Source: Gammaproteobacteria bacterium (lineage in GTDB: Bacteria; Pseudomonadota; Gammaproteobacteria; PIWD01). Taken from it: DNA of 60,034 nucleotides. The stretch's first letter is position 1. Every line of letters begins with the position of its first letter. Below, piece after piece: positions 32,901-41,408 of this stretch. Location: the NCBI GenBank assembly GCA_003354005.1, contig PIWD01000004.1:1-60034 (forward strand). The letters run 5' to 3'. A program made the translations under genes and the position numbers. The notes under the pieces were generated by a model, which was given only the letters and a program-made list of their open reading frames with translations, did no database searches and was not told where the DNA came from.

Positions 32901-34027
32901 TGGGTTAAGAGAATCGTATCACCAGCGAATCCTGCGGCATTTAAAAGGACACTGCGCTTTTCGAGGTAGGTATCAAAAATATTGAAATAACTGTATAGGT
33001 GTATGAGATGTTCTAAGAAAACCTTATCCTGCATAAGCTTAGAAGAAATACCTGTACTGTTGCTCGCTTCTTTTTTGAATTGTGAGATCCAGGCTTTATT
33101 TATTTTTCCATTTTTTGTCAGAAGGGGCATAATGTGATGATCATCAATAGGGGTGCAAGATTTTTGTTTTGCTTGTGCACTACTAAAAATGGTATTCAAA
33201 AAGAGCTTAGAAATTGGCGTATCAAATGCCTTGTCTAAATTTTCAATCGATAGAATCCACTCACTTATTTTTTCAGTCGGTTGTGATGCACTTGTTGTGC
33301 TAAGATGAAAAGTGAGTGATGTGAATAGATCGCGAAGCCTTTTTTGTTGATTAAAGATTGTATTCAGTTTATTTGTGATGCTCCTTTTAGCATTCTTATG
33401 GTTCATATCGAGGTAAATATTCTCAAGTGCCTTATGTACTGTAGTGAGCAAGTCATAGAAACTACCTTCACCATCTGTGCATTCGGTTTGGTAGATATCG
33501 GGGGCATTTGGATTAGAGCGTCTAATCTTGAAACTAAAATCTCTAAGCATTTCCAGGTAGCTTTCAGTTCTTTTATTCTCTGCCATATCTGCGAGACTAC
33601 TAACGCAGTGAGCAATGGCAAAGCAAGTTAGACTGATGGGATCATTTCTGTGTCCTTTGCCAATTATGCGGTTTTGCCTGGAATTGTAAAGAAATGATCT
33701 ACATGCTTCATGGATGAAGGTTAATTTTCCATGAAAGGCGTTGTGATCGTTTGATTCGCTTATAGTTGGAAAAATTTCTCCTGTTGCAACGGGTTTTTTA
33801 AGTTTTGATTCTGTAGCTAGGAAGTATTGTGTATAATCAAAAGACCAGGTATTTTTGAATGCATCCTGCGCGTGCCTGTAGATTTCCGAGGATTCCCAGC
33901 ATTCAAAACTAGTGTAATCATTGGAATTTCCGAAGTAGGGAACATACACTCGGACATGCTTTGTGAAATTGAGGTTGCGACCTATATTTGTAATTGATCG
34001 GGCTATTGTTTCGGATACTGGCATCAT
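29939..34027 (-). CDS. Large effector-like protein with C-terminal Sel1/TPR-like repeats
   Basis: AGGAG RBS before ATG 34027; YRLGEMAWEGIGGNQN, FKRAAELH, WYGIGGACNQQRA resemble Sel1 repeats. Confidence 0.75.
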   Translation of the reverse strand: MMPVSETIARSITNIGRNLNFTKHVRVYVPYFGNSNDYTSFECWESSEIYRHAQDAFKNTWSFDYTQYFLATESKLKKPVATGEIFPTISESNDHNAFHGKLTFIHEACRSFLYNSRQNRIIGKGHRNDPISLTCFAIAHCVSSLADMAENKRTESYLEMLRDFSFKIRRSNPNAPDIYQTECTDGEGSFYDLLTTVHKALENIYLDMNHKNAKRSITNKLNTIFNQQKRLRDLFTSLTFHLSTTSASQPTEKISEWILSIENLDKAFDTPISKLFLNTIFSSAQAKQKSCTPIDDHHIMPLLTKNGKINKAWISQFKKEASNSTGISSKLMQDKVFLEHLIHLYSYFNIFDTYLEKRSVLLNAAGFAGDTILLTQLPDSVKRNFNGSIAIHKKILEQSNKIFCHIHTHKNYQKQIKQRGTAWVSHLDTAQLSINQFKKISENHRDTLKACIAEFSNVHNFDERTKAMQLALDNYQQTEKTFIQRVNTETGLNLTLPKEDEPRIVISLPQINMLDKLNPPKAIIEEAKHQERTIVAHKNIELRSNNPFFENEYNINEEKQSSIPNPNKTHIEKNPLLTSHTYNPFFKQIDEKKQRYTHFYKMNSFLGKRPKHKEGQLIEEDQLFKNRPSLKKMGWFSFLHYGKNLCFDYAMRIEDETAMWSTTLHNIEILNEKNGVLYTPEDHSSIEKFLNKVADEINTIKALKKTLWPWHRATRRYLNNWLAGFQNLASFSKNILEKILENLASINLMRETIKKPQHTEQDYKSVRKILNILYDHGIALDSECYRLGEMAWEGIGGNQNTELALACFKQLASPNYLDQHTPKQVVEKARLWLANYYINTDKMLPYFELIISPQWAHQVEHRKGWFNVDANNIEQSFLKPFLTGSLFYALGLAYQGKNNRDKTIACFKCALPYDFPNRELALLGLLKQYLTSNRKKDLELAVQLTYKGFRRYKFVTGIALLMGKIESILTEKRSLHMDARTFNKLFFLLEEIILLELPNQKTPPKLTSLWLMPENLTTRNPVRIAKTAFRLWKNCRQDTVAIYTLQAIKTVLQKPQTKCKDHLYSYLESIMLSPHVSPGVAKNAALSGGYSLDKANNYSKAYQFFKRAAELHCHGAINMLSYYALLNLGCKRDDKYARNLQERLATLAVQNKCLLHTNSSFLLCWMNWYGIGGACNQQRALTYARAAISSTLNKGFIEFILHVFYFRKGDIISAEKYLNDASKKVNKASQNNRLSLNKLEISIGYYNLARLYLKQPTHHYHKIKALLKESIKYGDHMNNAYCLLRDITLHLKNNEKLIPHTHMEEYHVHIRPMNPKHSLSQVSTGKQHCFFKRQYHPQEKELRQSHHTTDARHTERKQFFKV

Positions 34028-34075
34028 ACTTTCTCCTTCTGAAAAGATAAAGATTAAGAAAAATATGTGCGCACC

Positions 34076-34113
34076 TTTGTTTGGGAGATGACAATTTGTT
34101 TGGGAGATGACAA
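34076..34113. repeat. 19-bp perfect tandem duplication upstream of the large effector-like gene
   Basis: tttgtttgggagatgacaa twice. Confidence 0.9.
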
Positions 34114-34401
34114 TAGGATTATCTCGTGTTACAATGTGGTTGAAGTCGCCCACTATCTGAAAAAGACTGCCAGACCTGGATCAGATGGTGGGTGCGCGAC
34201 ATAATTTTGCACGGTGCACATACCTAATACGGTTATGGTATGTGTGTGTTATTTTTTCCTCCATATTTAGTTATTTCTAGAGTACCAACGTCTTGGAATT
34301 CTATCATAGTTTGTACTTTTTGTAAAGGCATGCACGTCTAAAAATTTCTTTGAAGCCATTGGTAGACAGGGCATATAGGGAAATAAAAAATTTATTTTTT
34401 G

Positions 34402-34564
34402 GCAAATATTGATATAAATGTAGCAAAAATATTTTAGTGGCAGAGCGTGCCATATCAGCCTGTTGAGAAGATGTGTTGGCAACTTTTACTGCAAAGGAGT
34501 GATTCAGTATCAGCCTAAATCTTTATTCAGGAATTGCCTTCCTTCAGGGAAGTGAGAATGTCAA
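34402..34564 (+). mobile_element. IS605-family remnant: tnpB 3' end plus right end
   Basis: Reads NIDINVAK / NILVAERAISAC*E; ends cagggaagtgagaatgTCAA. Confidence 0.8.
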
Positions 34565-35913
34565 AATGGGCTAGCGATTAAAATAATCAAGATTCCAACA
34601 GGTGCGACATAGCGTATTAAAGAAAGCCAGGTACGATACAACCATGTTGGGCAAGGTTGTAATGCGTCCATGCTTTGTTTTTTAGGCATAATCCAGCCAG
34701 CAAACAGGCAAAACCCCAGGCCACCTATAGGTAACATGATATTCGTTGCTAAATCAGTTGATGCATCAAAGAATGTCCAGTGCATAAGTTTATAGTTATG
34801 CCAGCGGTTAAAGGATAGTGCAGAACCTAGCCCGATTATCCAACTGGTCAGTGCGACAGAAGTGATTGCTTTTGTACGGGATAACTTATAGTGTTCCATC
34901 AGTAAAACAACTGGGGGTTCTGCTAAAGAGATAGTTGAAGTTAGTGCTGCAAGTGCCATTAATATAAAGAATAATCCAGCGACCCACTGACCAGCAGGCA
35001 TTTGTGTAAGAGCAACGGGCAGTACCAGAAACATCAAACCAGGCCCTGAACTTATGGGGAGGTGATAGTGGAAAATAATCGGAAAAATTGCCATGCCAGA
35101 GAGCAGAGCAACTAAAACATCTAATGCAGCAACTGTAACAACTGCTTCAATAATAGAAATAGTACTCCCAAGATAACAACCATATGTTAAAAGGCATCCA
35201 GCACCAATGGCAAGAGTAAAGAAAGCATGTCCCATCGCAGAGATAGTTACACTTGCATTGAGTGCCTTGGGGTGAAAATTGAATAAGAAATTCCAAGCAC
35301 TTTGGAAATCACCTATTTGGCTTGCATAAACCACGAGCGCAACGAGAATTACCAGTAAGGCAGGCATCATATAATGTGTTGCTTGCTCGAGTCCACGTTT
35401 AACACCACGCTTAACGATCCAGAAATTGAACAGCATAAAAAGGCTATGCCAGAAGATAAGTAACACAGGGCTGCCTGAGAAATGTTGCCATAATTGCTTA
35501 AAACCTTCTGCATCCAGCGCTTTCATATGCCCACTTATTGCGTAATAAGCATAACCCAATGACCAGCCAGCAATGACATTGTAGAAAGACAAGACTAAAA
35601 TCAGCGTAGCTGACCCCCACCAGCCTAGATAGCGCCAGGCAGAAGTCTGTTTTGATGAGGTTTGACAGGCCAGCATATTGAGAGCACTTACTGAATTTTG
35701 TCGTGCTTGGCGACCGATGAGAATTTCCGCTATCATAATCGGCAAACCAATTAACACAATACAAATTAAATACACTACCATAAAGGCACTGCCACCATAA
35801 CTGCCGACCATGTAAGGGAATTTCCATATATTGCCCAATCCAACTGCTGCGCCCGTTGTTGCCAAGATAAAGGCAGAACGTGACGACCACTGACCATGTT
35901 GGGATTGATTCAT
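34561..35913 (-). CDS. Sodium-dependent transporter (NSS/SNF family)
   Basis: GAAVGLGNIWKFPY, GPGLMF, multiple TM helices. Confidence 0.95.
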   Translation of the reverse strand: MNQSQHGQWSSRSAFILATTGAAVGLGNIWKFPYMVGSYGGSAFMVVYLICIVLIGLPIMIAEILIGRQARQNSVSALNMLACQTSSKQTSAWRYLGWWGSATLILVLSFYNVIAGWSLGYAYYAISGHMKALDAEGFKQLWQHFSGSPVLLIFWHSLFMLFNFWIVKRGVKRGLEQATHYMMPALLVILVALVVYASQIGDFQSAWNFLFNFHPKALNASVTISAMGHAFFTLAIGAGCLLTYGCYLGSTISIIEAVVTVAALDVLVALLSGMAIFPIIFHYHLPISSGPGLMFLVLPVALTQMPAGQWVAGLFFILMALAALTSTISLAEPPVVLLMEHYKLSRTKAITSVALTSWIIGLGSALSFNRWHNYKLMHWTFFDASTDLATNIMLPIGGLGFCLFAGWIMPKKQSMDALQPCPTWLYRTWLSLIRYVAPVGILIILIASPF

Positions 35914-36103
35914 GATGCTATTCTCTTGGATTTAAAGGACAACGTACCATTGACTATAGCAAAACAAAAAAACAAAATCTATTCATTTGCTAGCAATGTC
36001 AAGTCAAAGTGCCCTTTTTTGTTGAACCGTCATTGGGGTAGCCAGCACCTGTAATAGGGCAGTTATAATTGGAGCTTCTGATTATTATGGACTTAATAAG
36101 AGA

Positions 36104-36433
36104 CCCTGCTAGTCGAGCGTCTCTTATAATCTTCGGCATTTTTTAACAAGGACTAAATGAATCTGCCTGTTCTAATTTTTCTTACCTACTCCACACCAAG
36201 CTGTTACAGTTCATTTTATCAAGCTCGACGTAAGACCTCCTCGTTCAGGTGGAGGATGTGAGGCTTCCTGCTAGTCGAGCATCTCTCGTGATATTCGGTA
36301 TTTTGTTGACTATTCCACACTAAGCTGTTCTATTCCAGCAGGCAGGGCATGTCGTGTTAGCCTGTGGAGAGATGGCATTAGCTGATTAGATGAAGCAGAA
36401 ACCCTTGGTAATGGGCGACAACCAGCTTAGTAA
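36104..36433 (+). mobile_element. Two partial tandem IS605 remnants
   Basis: cctgctagtcgagc and ccacacyaagctgtt blocks occur twice; left-end hairpin near 36230; AGHVVLACGE and right-end scaffold truncated at 36433. Confidence 0.8.
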
Positions 36434-38449
36434 CTAATGGAAATCATTGAGGTTCTGGCTGGATGGGGGAACATTATCTTTTTTGTCTGTACCATAGCTA
36501 AGTTGTATAGGAGGGTTGTCTTTTTTAGCTATATAAGGACACACTGGCACTTTTATTACTTCATTATTTTGAGTACTATCTTGATGTGTTCTATATGCAC
36601 TATTCAAACCTGGGGTAGGAAGCTTCCAGAGTATAGCAGCTATACCTAAAGTGAAAATTATAGCAAGAAACCCTACCACAAAGTCCAAAGCACGATGCTC
36701 AGCACTATAAGTAAAACCTAAACTTGATTCTGATACAAATGGAGAGTGATAGGTTGGTGAGGATTGCTTACTTGAAGAACTATGCAGAATTTCTTCTACA
36801 TTATTTTTATCTGTGAAACTGGTTCTTACGGTGGGGGGATTGTATTGTAGGGGCTTAAACTTATTATCTATATCATCAGTTATTATAAAGTCATCAGACA
36901 TAACCTTCAACTTACCATCAACACTTTGCAATCTATTAGAGGTATAATCAACAAAATTGTTGCGCTCCACTTCATTGAGAACCTTATAGTGAATATCACC
37001 ATATAATCCAGCAAGAAGTGTGACAATACTTCTTGCATGCTCCTTGGAAATCATATTTTTTGCTAACCCAGTCCCTTCATATTCGGATTGTTTTTTAGAC
37101 AACCATCTATCAGCAAGAGCTTTATCGTAAGAGACATTTTCCTCTTTATCAACGCTACGTTCTATCTGGTTGATAGTAAAGGTATGTGAGCGATTGTAAT
37201 TTCCTGTTGAAGCAATATCTCCCAGATGGGTTAGCAATGGATTATAAGTTGAGGTTAATTTAGGATACCTTTCCACTAGAGGTTGCTGATTTTCCTCATC
37301 ACCTTTATCATCTTCAAAAACATAGCCACCGCTGAGCCTCCCATTCCTACAAAATCCCAAGTACCAGTCGGACTTATCAGTATCAAATATAGCAATATAT
37401 TGAGCTTCATCCTTTCCCTCACTATTTCCAACATCATAAATATGTTTTTCATCATCCATATAAAACAATTTTTTTACTATATGTTCCAACTTATTTGTAG
37501 TTGCTACTGTTTGAACCAGCTTTGAAGCTAGCATGTTATCAATCATTTCGACTAGCAGACCTTTCTCTTGTTCGTTTGCCTTCAGAACTCTATTCTCTTC
37601 TAACAGTTGTTCCGCTACATTGCCATATGAGTGCTTGATGTAATATTTGAGAGGTCGTATACTGACGTTTTTATGTTTATCTCGAACTCCGACGTATACA
37701 TCTCCTGAGTTAAAATATGCTATTACATATGGAGTATCTGCACTTATCATATGTTGCTCAAAATCGTAGGAGTCTTGGAAGGTAGTTTTAGTTATATTCA
37801 GTTTGGAATTTTCATCTACTTTGACTGCCTGAATTTTTCCCTCATCTATACTTGCGAGAGTTTTTCTATAGTGTTCTAGTTTTTTATTATCTTTGTTCCA
37901 CATTTCCTTTTGTTCTTCCACATATAGTTCGCGACTCATTCTTGTTTTCCGATTAAGAATAGCATGAGTACCTTTAAAGTCGTTGAAAGCTAGTTCAACT
38001 ATATTATTGTGCTTTTCAACATCTAAATCTCCAATTCTTGATTGGCATAGTTTGTTTATGGAAATGGAATACTTGATATAGTTTTCTTTATCTTCAGGAG
38101 ATAATTCATTGAAGTCTATAGAATCTGTTACCCCTAACACTTTTAGCTTATTATTGGTCTCTTCATAAGTATCATTTCTAGATAGTCCATAGGTTTCAAT
38201 CTCCCACTTTTTTGGAGCCTTCGGAATTTTCCTAAATAATTCCAATACTTCGCTTTCAAGCATCTTCTTGTATCTGTCTATTGAATCTGCATTTCTATTA
38301 ACCCTCAAGTCGAATGTATTAACTTCTTTGGTAAAAATAGCCGTATCTATCGTTTGCACATCTTGATTATTCAAGATTCCTTCCAGGGAAGATCTGGATT
38401 CATTCAATAGTATTCGATCTTGCATAATCTGTTGTTGTAATTGAAACAT
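36434..38449 (-). CDS. Orphan effector-like protein with C-terminal TM segment
   Basis: About 670 aa, AT-rich, hydrophobic FVVGFLAIIFTLGIAAILW near the C-terminus. Confidence 0.75.
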   Translation of the reverse strand: MFQLQQQIMQDRILLNESRSSLEGILNNQDVQTIDTAIFTKEVNTFDLRVNRNADSIDRYKKMLESEVLELFRKIPKAPKKWEIETYGLSRNDTYEETNNKLKVLGVTDSIDFNELSPEDKENYIKYSISINKLCQSRIGDLDVEKHNNIVELAFNDFKGTHAILNRKTRMSRELYVEEQKEMWNKDNKKLEHYRKTLASIDEGKIQAVKVDENSKLNITKTTFQDSYDFEQHMISADTPYVIAYFNSGDVYVGVRDKHKNVSIRPLKYYIKHSYGNVAEQLLEENRVLKANEQEKGLLVEMIDNMLASKLVQTVATTNKLEHIVKKLFYMDDEKHIYDVGNSEGKDEAQYIAIFDTDKSDWYLGFCRNGRLSGGYVFEDDKGDEENQQPLVERYPKLTSTYNPLLTHLGDIASTGNYNRSHTFTINQIERSVDKEENVSYDKALADRWLSKKQSEYEGTGLAKNMISKEHARSIVTLLAGLYGDIHYKVLNEVERNNFVDYTSNRLQSVDGKLKVMSDDFIITDDIDNKFKPLQYNPPTVRTSFTDKNNVEEILHSSSSKQSSPTYHSPFVSESSLGFTYSAEHRALDFVVGFLAIIFTLGIAAILWKLPTPGLNSAYRTHQDSTQNNEVIKVPVCPYIAKKDNPPIQLSYGTDKKDNVPPSSQNLNDFH

Positions 38450-38538
38450 GGTGACTTGCCTCACAAATAATCACATATAACAATATAATGTTACATTATA
38501 TTCCATATCTGAAAAAATGCTTTGCAGCGACCAACTGT

Positions 38539-38638
38539 TCCCACTAACACAAACCAAACTAGCAGTCTAATAATACATTAATTCTTGAGAAAAAATGAGA
38601 CAAGACTAAGAATTAGCTGGTCAAATAGGTTGTTTTTT
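38539..38638. promoter_or_regulatory. Dispersed non-coding element, copy 1
   Basis: atacattaattcttg-17 bp-actaagaattagctggtcaaata, with both blocks identical at 54974-55028. Confidence 0.6.
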
Positions 38639-38644
38639 ACCAAA

Positions 38645-39006
38645 AATGAGTGTAAAGCCACTATCTTTAGACATGGGCATTTTTCAGAATGAACAGTACC
38701 TCCCTATTGATATTCTAATAGATCAACAGCATACTCTAGCTATAAGAAGGAGAAGCATACCAATTTTAGGATAAAGATAAAGCTGGGTGCTGAACGCATC
38801 ACTCGACCGAACATTTTTCGTGTGATTACCACTTTGTTTGGAACAAGGTGGGGAGTGGGCTTTTGGTGGGCACATGCTGTATTAGCCTGTGGAGAAGGTG
38901 TGTTAGTGGTTTCTGTGAAGTCAGGTGTCCCTGGATCGTGTGATCTAAGTAGCAGTCTGAATCTTTATTCAGGAATTGCACATTGTCAGGGAGGTGAAAA
39001 TGTCGA
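38645..39006 (+). mobile_element. Internally deleted IS605 mini-element
   Basis: Left-end gtaaagccactatctttagacatggg, TTGATA-17-CATACT, HFVWNK joined to HAVLACGE, right end gggaggtgaaaatgtcga. Confidence 0.82.
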
Positions 39007-39929
39007 TGATAAAAGGAAAATGGGTTAATCAGCAGCCATGCGCGGGCGGTGTGGGTGGAAAATTTGTAAGAAAAGATTCATCGTTCCGTAATTTTATTGG
39101 GTCAGATCGATTTCCAGCAGAAACTGGCCGATATCACCTTTACATTGCACATGCGTGCCCGTGGGCGCATCGTACCGTTATCTTTCGCCAATTAAAGGGC
39201 TTAGGGACTATCATAGGACTCACCGCAGTTAACGCCCATATTGGTGAATTCGGTTGGACACTTGATGATCCTATCAATGGTCTGCATGCTATGCATGAAA
39301 TTTATACCCTTGCCGATGCACATTATACAGGTCGTGTTACTGTGCCCGTTCTGTGGGATAAAAAAGAAAAGACGATTGTGAATAATGAATCCTCTGATGT
39401 CATCCGTATGTTTAATACTGAATTTGATGCATTAACTGGAAATACAGATGATTATTACCCTAAAGCGTTACAGAAGAGCATTGATGATATCAACAAATTT
39501 ATTTACACCGATATCAACGATGGTGTTTACAAGGCTGGGTTTGCTACAGAACAGTGTGTTTACGATAAGGAAGTCAAGAAACTGTTCGATGCTTTAGATG
39601 TGATTGAGGGTCGTCTTAGACAGCATCGCTATCTTGTGGGTGACACCATTACAGAAGCGGATTGGAGATTATTTGTAACCTTAATCAGATTTGATATCGT
39701 TTACGTTAACCACTTCAACTGTAATATACGTCACATAATCGATTATCCTAACCTACCCAATTATATGCGAGAGCTTTATCAAGTTGAGGGTATCAAAGAA
39801 ACCGTTCACATCGCTTCCATTAAAGAGCACTATTATACCAGTCATGCAGCTATTAACCCCATGGGGATCATCCCACAAGGGCCAGAAATTGATTATGAGG
39901 CATCCCATGATCGATATCGTTTTGATTAG
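39000..39929 (+). CDS. Glutathionyl-hydroquinone reductase (YqjG / omega-like GST)
   Basis: CPWAHR, TVPVLWD, NNESS, GVYKAGFA. Confidence 0.93.
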   Translation: MSMIKGKWVNQQPCAGGVGGKFVRKDSSFRNFIGSDRFPAETGRYHLYIAHACPWAHRTVIFRQLKGLGTIIGLTAVNAHIGEFGWTLDDPINGLHAMHEIYTLADAHYTGRVTVPVLWDKKEKTIVNNESSDVIRMFNTEFDALTGNTDDYYPKALQKSIDDINKFIYTDINDGVYKAGFATEQCVYDKEVKKLFDALDVIEGRLRQHRYLVGDTITEADWRLFVTLIRFDIVYVNHFNCNIRHIIDYPNLPNYMRELYQVEGIKETVHIASIKEHYYTSHAAINPMGIIPQGPEIDYEASHDRYRFD

Positions 39930-40795
39930 GTGATCTGGCAGCCTATTTGCCCTAATAACATTGTGAGTAGATGATTGGGTTGTAGCTTAAGCTGCTTACA
40001 TTGCTCGCAAATAGTGGTGTGTATTTCTTTTAATTGCTGATAACTTCTATCAATGCCGAGTAACTGACAATAATTTGGCTCATTATATTGACTTGGGTAG
40101 TCGGCAATATCGTCTTGCAACTGAAAAAAACAACCAATCGACCGTCCTAGCTGACAAAGTGAAGATTCAAGGTCAGACGGTGTATTGACTACAATTGCTG
40201 GCATTTGCAAGCTAATTTGTATCAGATAGCCAGTTTTGAGTTGATGCAATCGATCTATATCGGTTTGTGACCATGGGCACGTTCTAAAATTTAAATCTAG
40301 CTGTTGTCCAGCAGCCATACCCTGCATTCCGATAGTTTTACTTAATATATACACTAATTTAGATTGTTGGTGGACAGGTAAATTATTATTCGGTGTACAG
40401 AGAATTTGAAAGGCAAGACTTTGCAGCGTATCGCCGACTAAGATAGCGGTTGCCTGATCAAATGCCAGGTGGCACGTTATTTGTCCACGACGCCAGGTAT
40501 CATTATCCATTGCAGGTAGATCATCATGTACCAGCGAATAGCAATGAATTAATTCCAGGCTGAGGGCAATAGGGTCTAATATGGGCAGAGGTATATTTAA
40601 CAGTTGGCCAACACCATAGACCAACAGAGGTCTTATACGTTTGCCAGGAGATAGAGCTGTGTAGCATATAGCTTTATAAAGACGCTCTGGTGTATCAGCT
40701 TCCTGTTGCTGTAATTGCCAACGCAACAGGCGTTCAAAACGTTGCTGTTGCCTAACTAATGGCTCAGGCTGGGCATTCAGGGCAGAGTTAAGCAT
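39926..40795 (-). CDS. ispA: Farnesyl diphosphate synthase
   Basis: GKRIRP, HDDLPAMD, QLQDDIAD; follows xseB. Confidence 0.92.
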   Translation of the reverse strand: MLNSALNAQPEPLVRQQQRFERLLRWQLQQQEADTPERLYKAICYTALSPGKRIRPLLVYGVGQLLNIPLPILDPIALSLELIHCYSLVHDDLPAMDNDTWRRGQITCHLAFDQATAILVGDTLQSLAFQILCTPNNNLPVHQQSKLVYILSKTIGMQGMAAGQQLDLNFRTCPWSQTDIDRLHQLKTGYLIQISLQMPAIVVNTPSDLESSLCQLGRSIGCFFQLQDDIADYPSQYNEPNYCQLLGIDRSYQQLKEIHTTICEQCKQLKLQPNHLLTMLLGQIGCQIT

Positions 40796-41031
40796 TAATC
40801 TACATCAGTTTGAAAGTCTTGTAACTGCTGCTTACCATCTGATTCAACCAGTTGTTGGATTTTTTGTTCTGCCTTTTGTAATTGTTTTTGGCAATCTTTG
40901 GCCAGGGTTACACCTTTTTCAAATAATTCAACTGACTGCTCTAAGCTGACGTTGTCTCCTTCGAGTTGACGGACAAGAACGGACAGTTCTTTTAATTGAT
41001 TAGAAAAATTGACGGGGTTTGTTGCACACAT
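40795..41031 (-). CDS. xseB: Exodeoxyribonuclease VII small subunit
   Basis: LEQSVELFEKGVTL...LQKAEQKI. Confidence 0.93.
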   Translation of the reverse strand: MCATNPVNFSNQLKELSVLVRQLEGDNVSLEQSVELFEKGVTLAKDCQKQLQKAEQKIQQLVESDGKQQLQDFQTDVD

Positions 41032-41085
41032 ACGGGCAGTGTACAGCACTCTTGTCTAGTTAGCAACCTACATTTCAGTAATTTT

Positions 41086-41392
41086 GAGTAAAACCTCTTC
41101 CTTGAGGTGGGGAATATAAAGCTCCTGCCAGTTGAGCGTTTCTTGTGATCTTCAGTATTTTGCAGCAAAGAATAAACGCATGTGCACATCAAATGAATAG
41201 TGCCTACCTGTTCTAATATTTCTTGACTACTCCACACTAAGTTGTTACAGTTCGCTTTAGTGGCATGGCGTGCTGTGTTAGCCTGTGGATAGATGGCATT
41301 AGCTGATTCGATGAAGCAGGAATCTCTGGTAATGGGTGACCAACAACCAGCTTAATAATAGGGATTCCCTTTTAGGTAGGGGAGTATGTAAA
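41086..41392 (+). mobile_element. IS605 mini-element: left end, tnpA 5' remnant (minus strand), tnpB 3' end, right end
   Basis: Minus strand reads IRTGRHYSFDVHMRLFFAAKY*R (TnpA N-terminus); plus strand reads AVLACG; ends ggggagtatgtaaa. Confidence 0.87.
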
Positions 41393-41408
41393 GATCTGGG
41401 TAGCTGTA

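Noticed and set aside
34040-34070. PmrA box upstream of effector-like genes
   Set aside because: Only one convincing CTTAAT half-site; no clean 11-bp tandem
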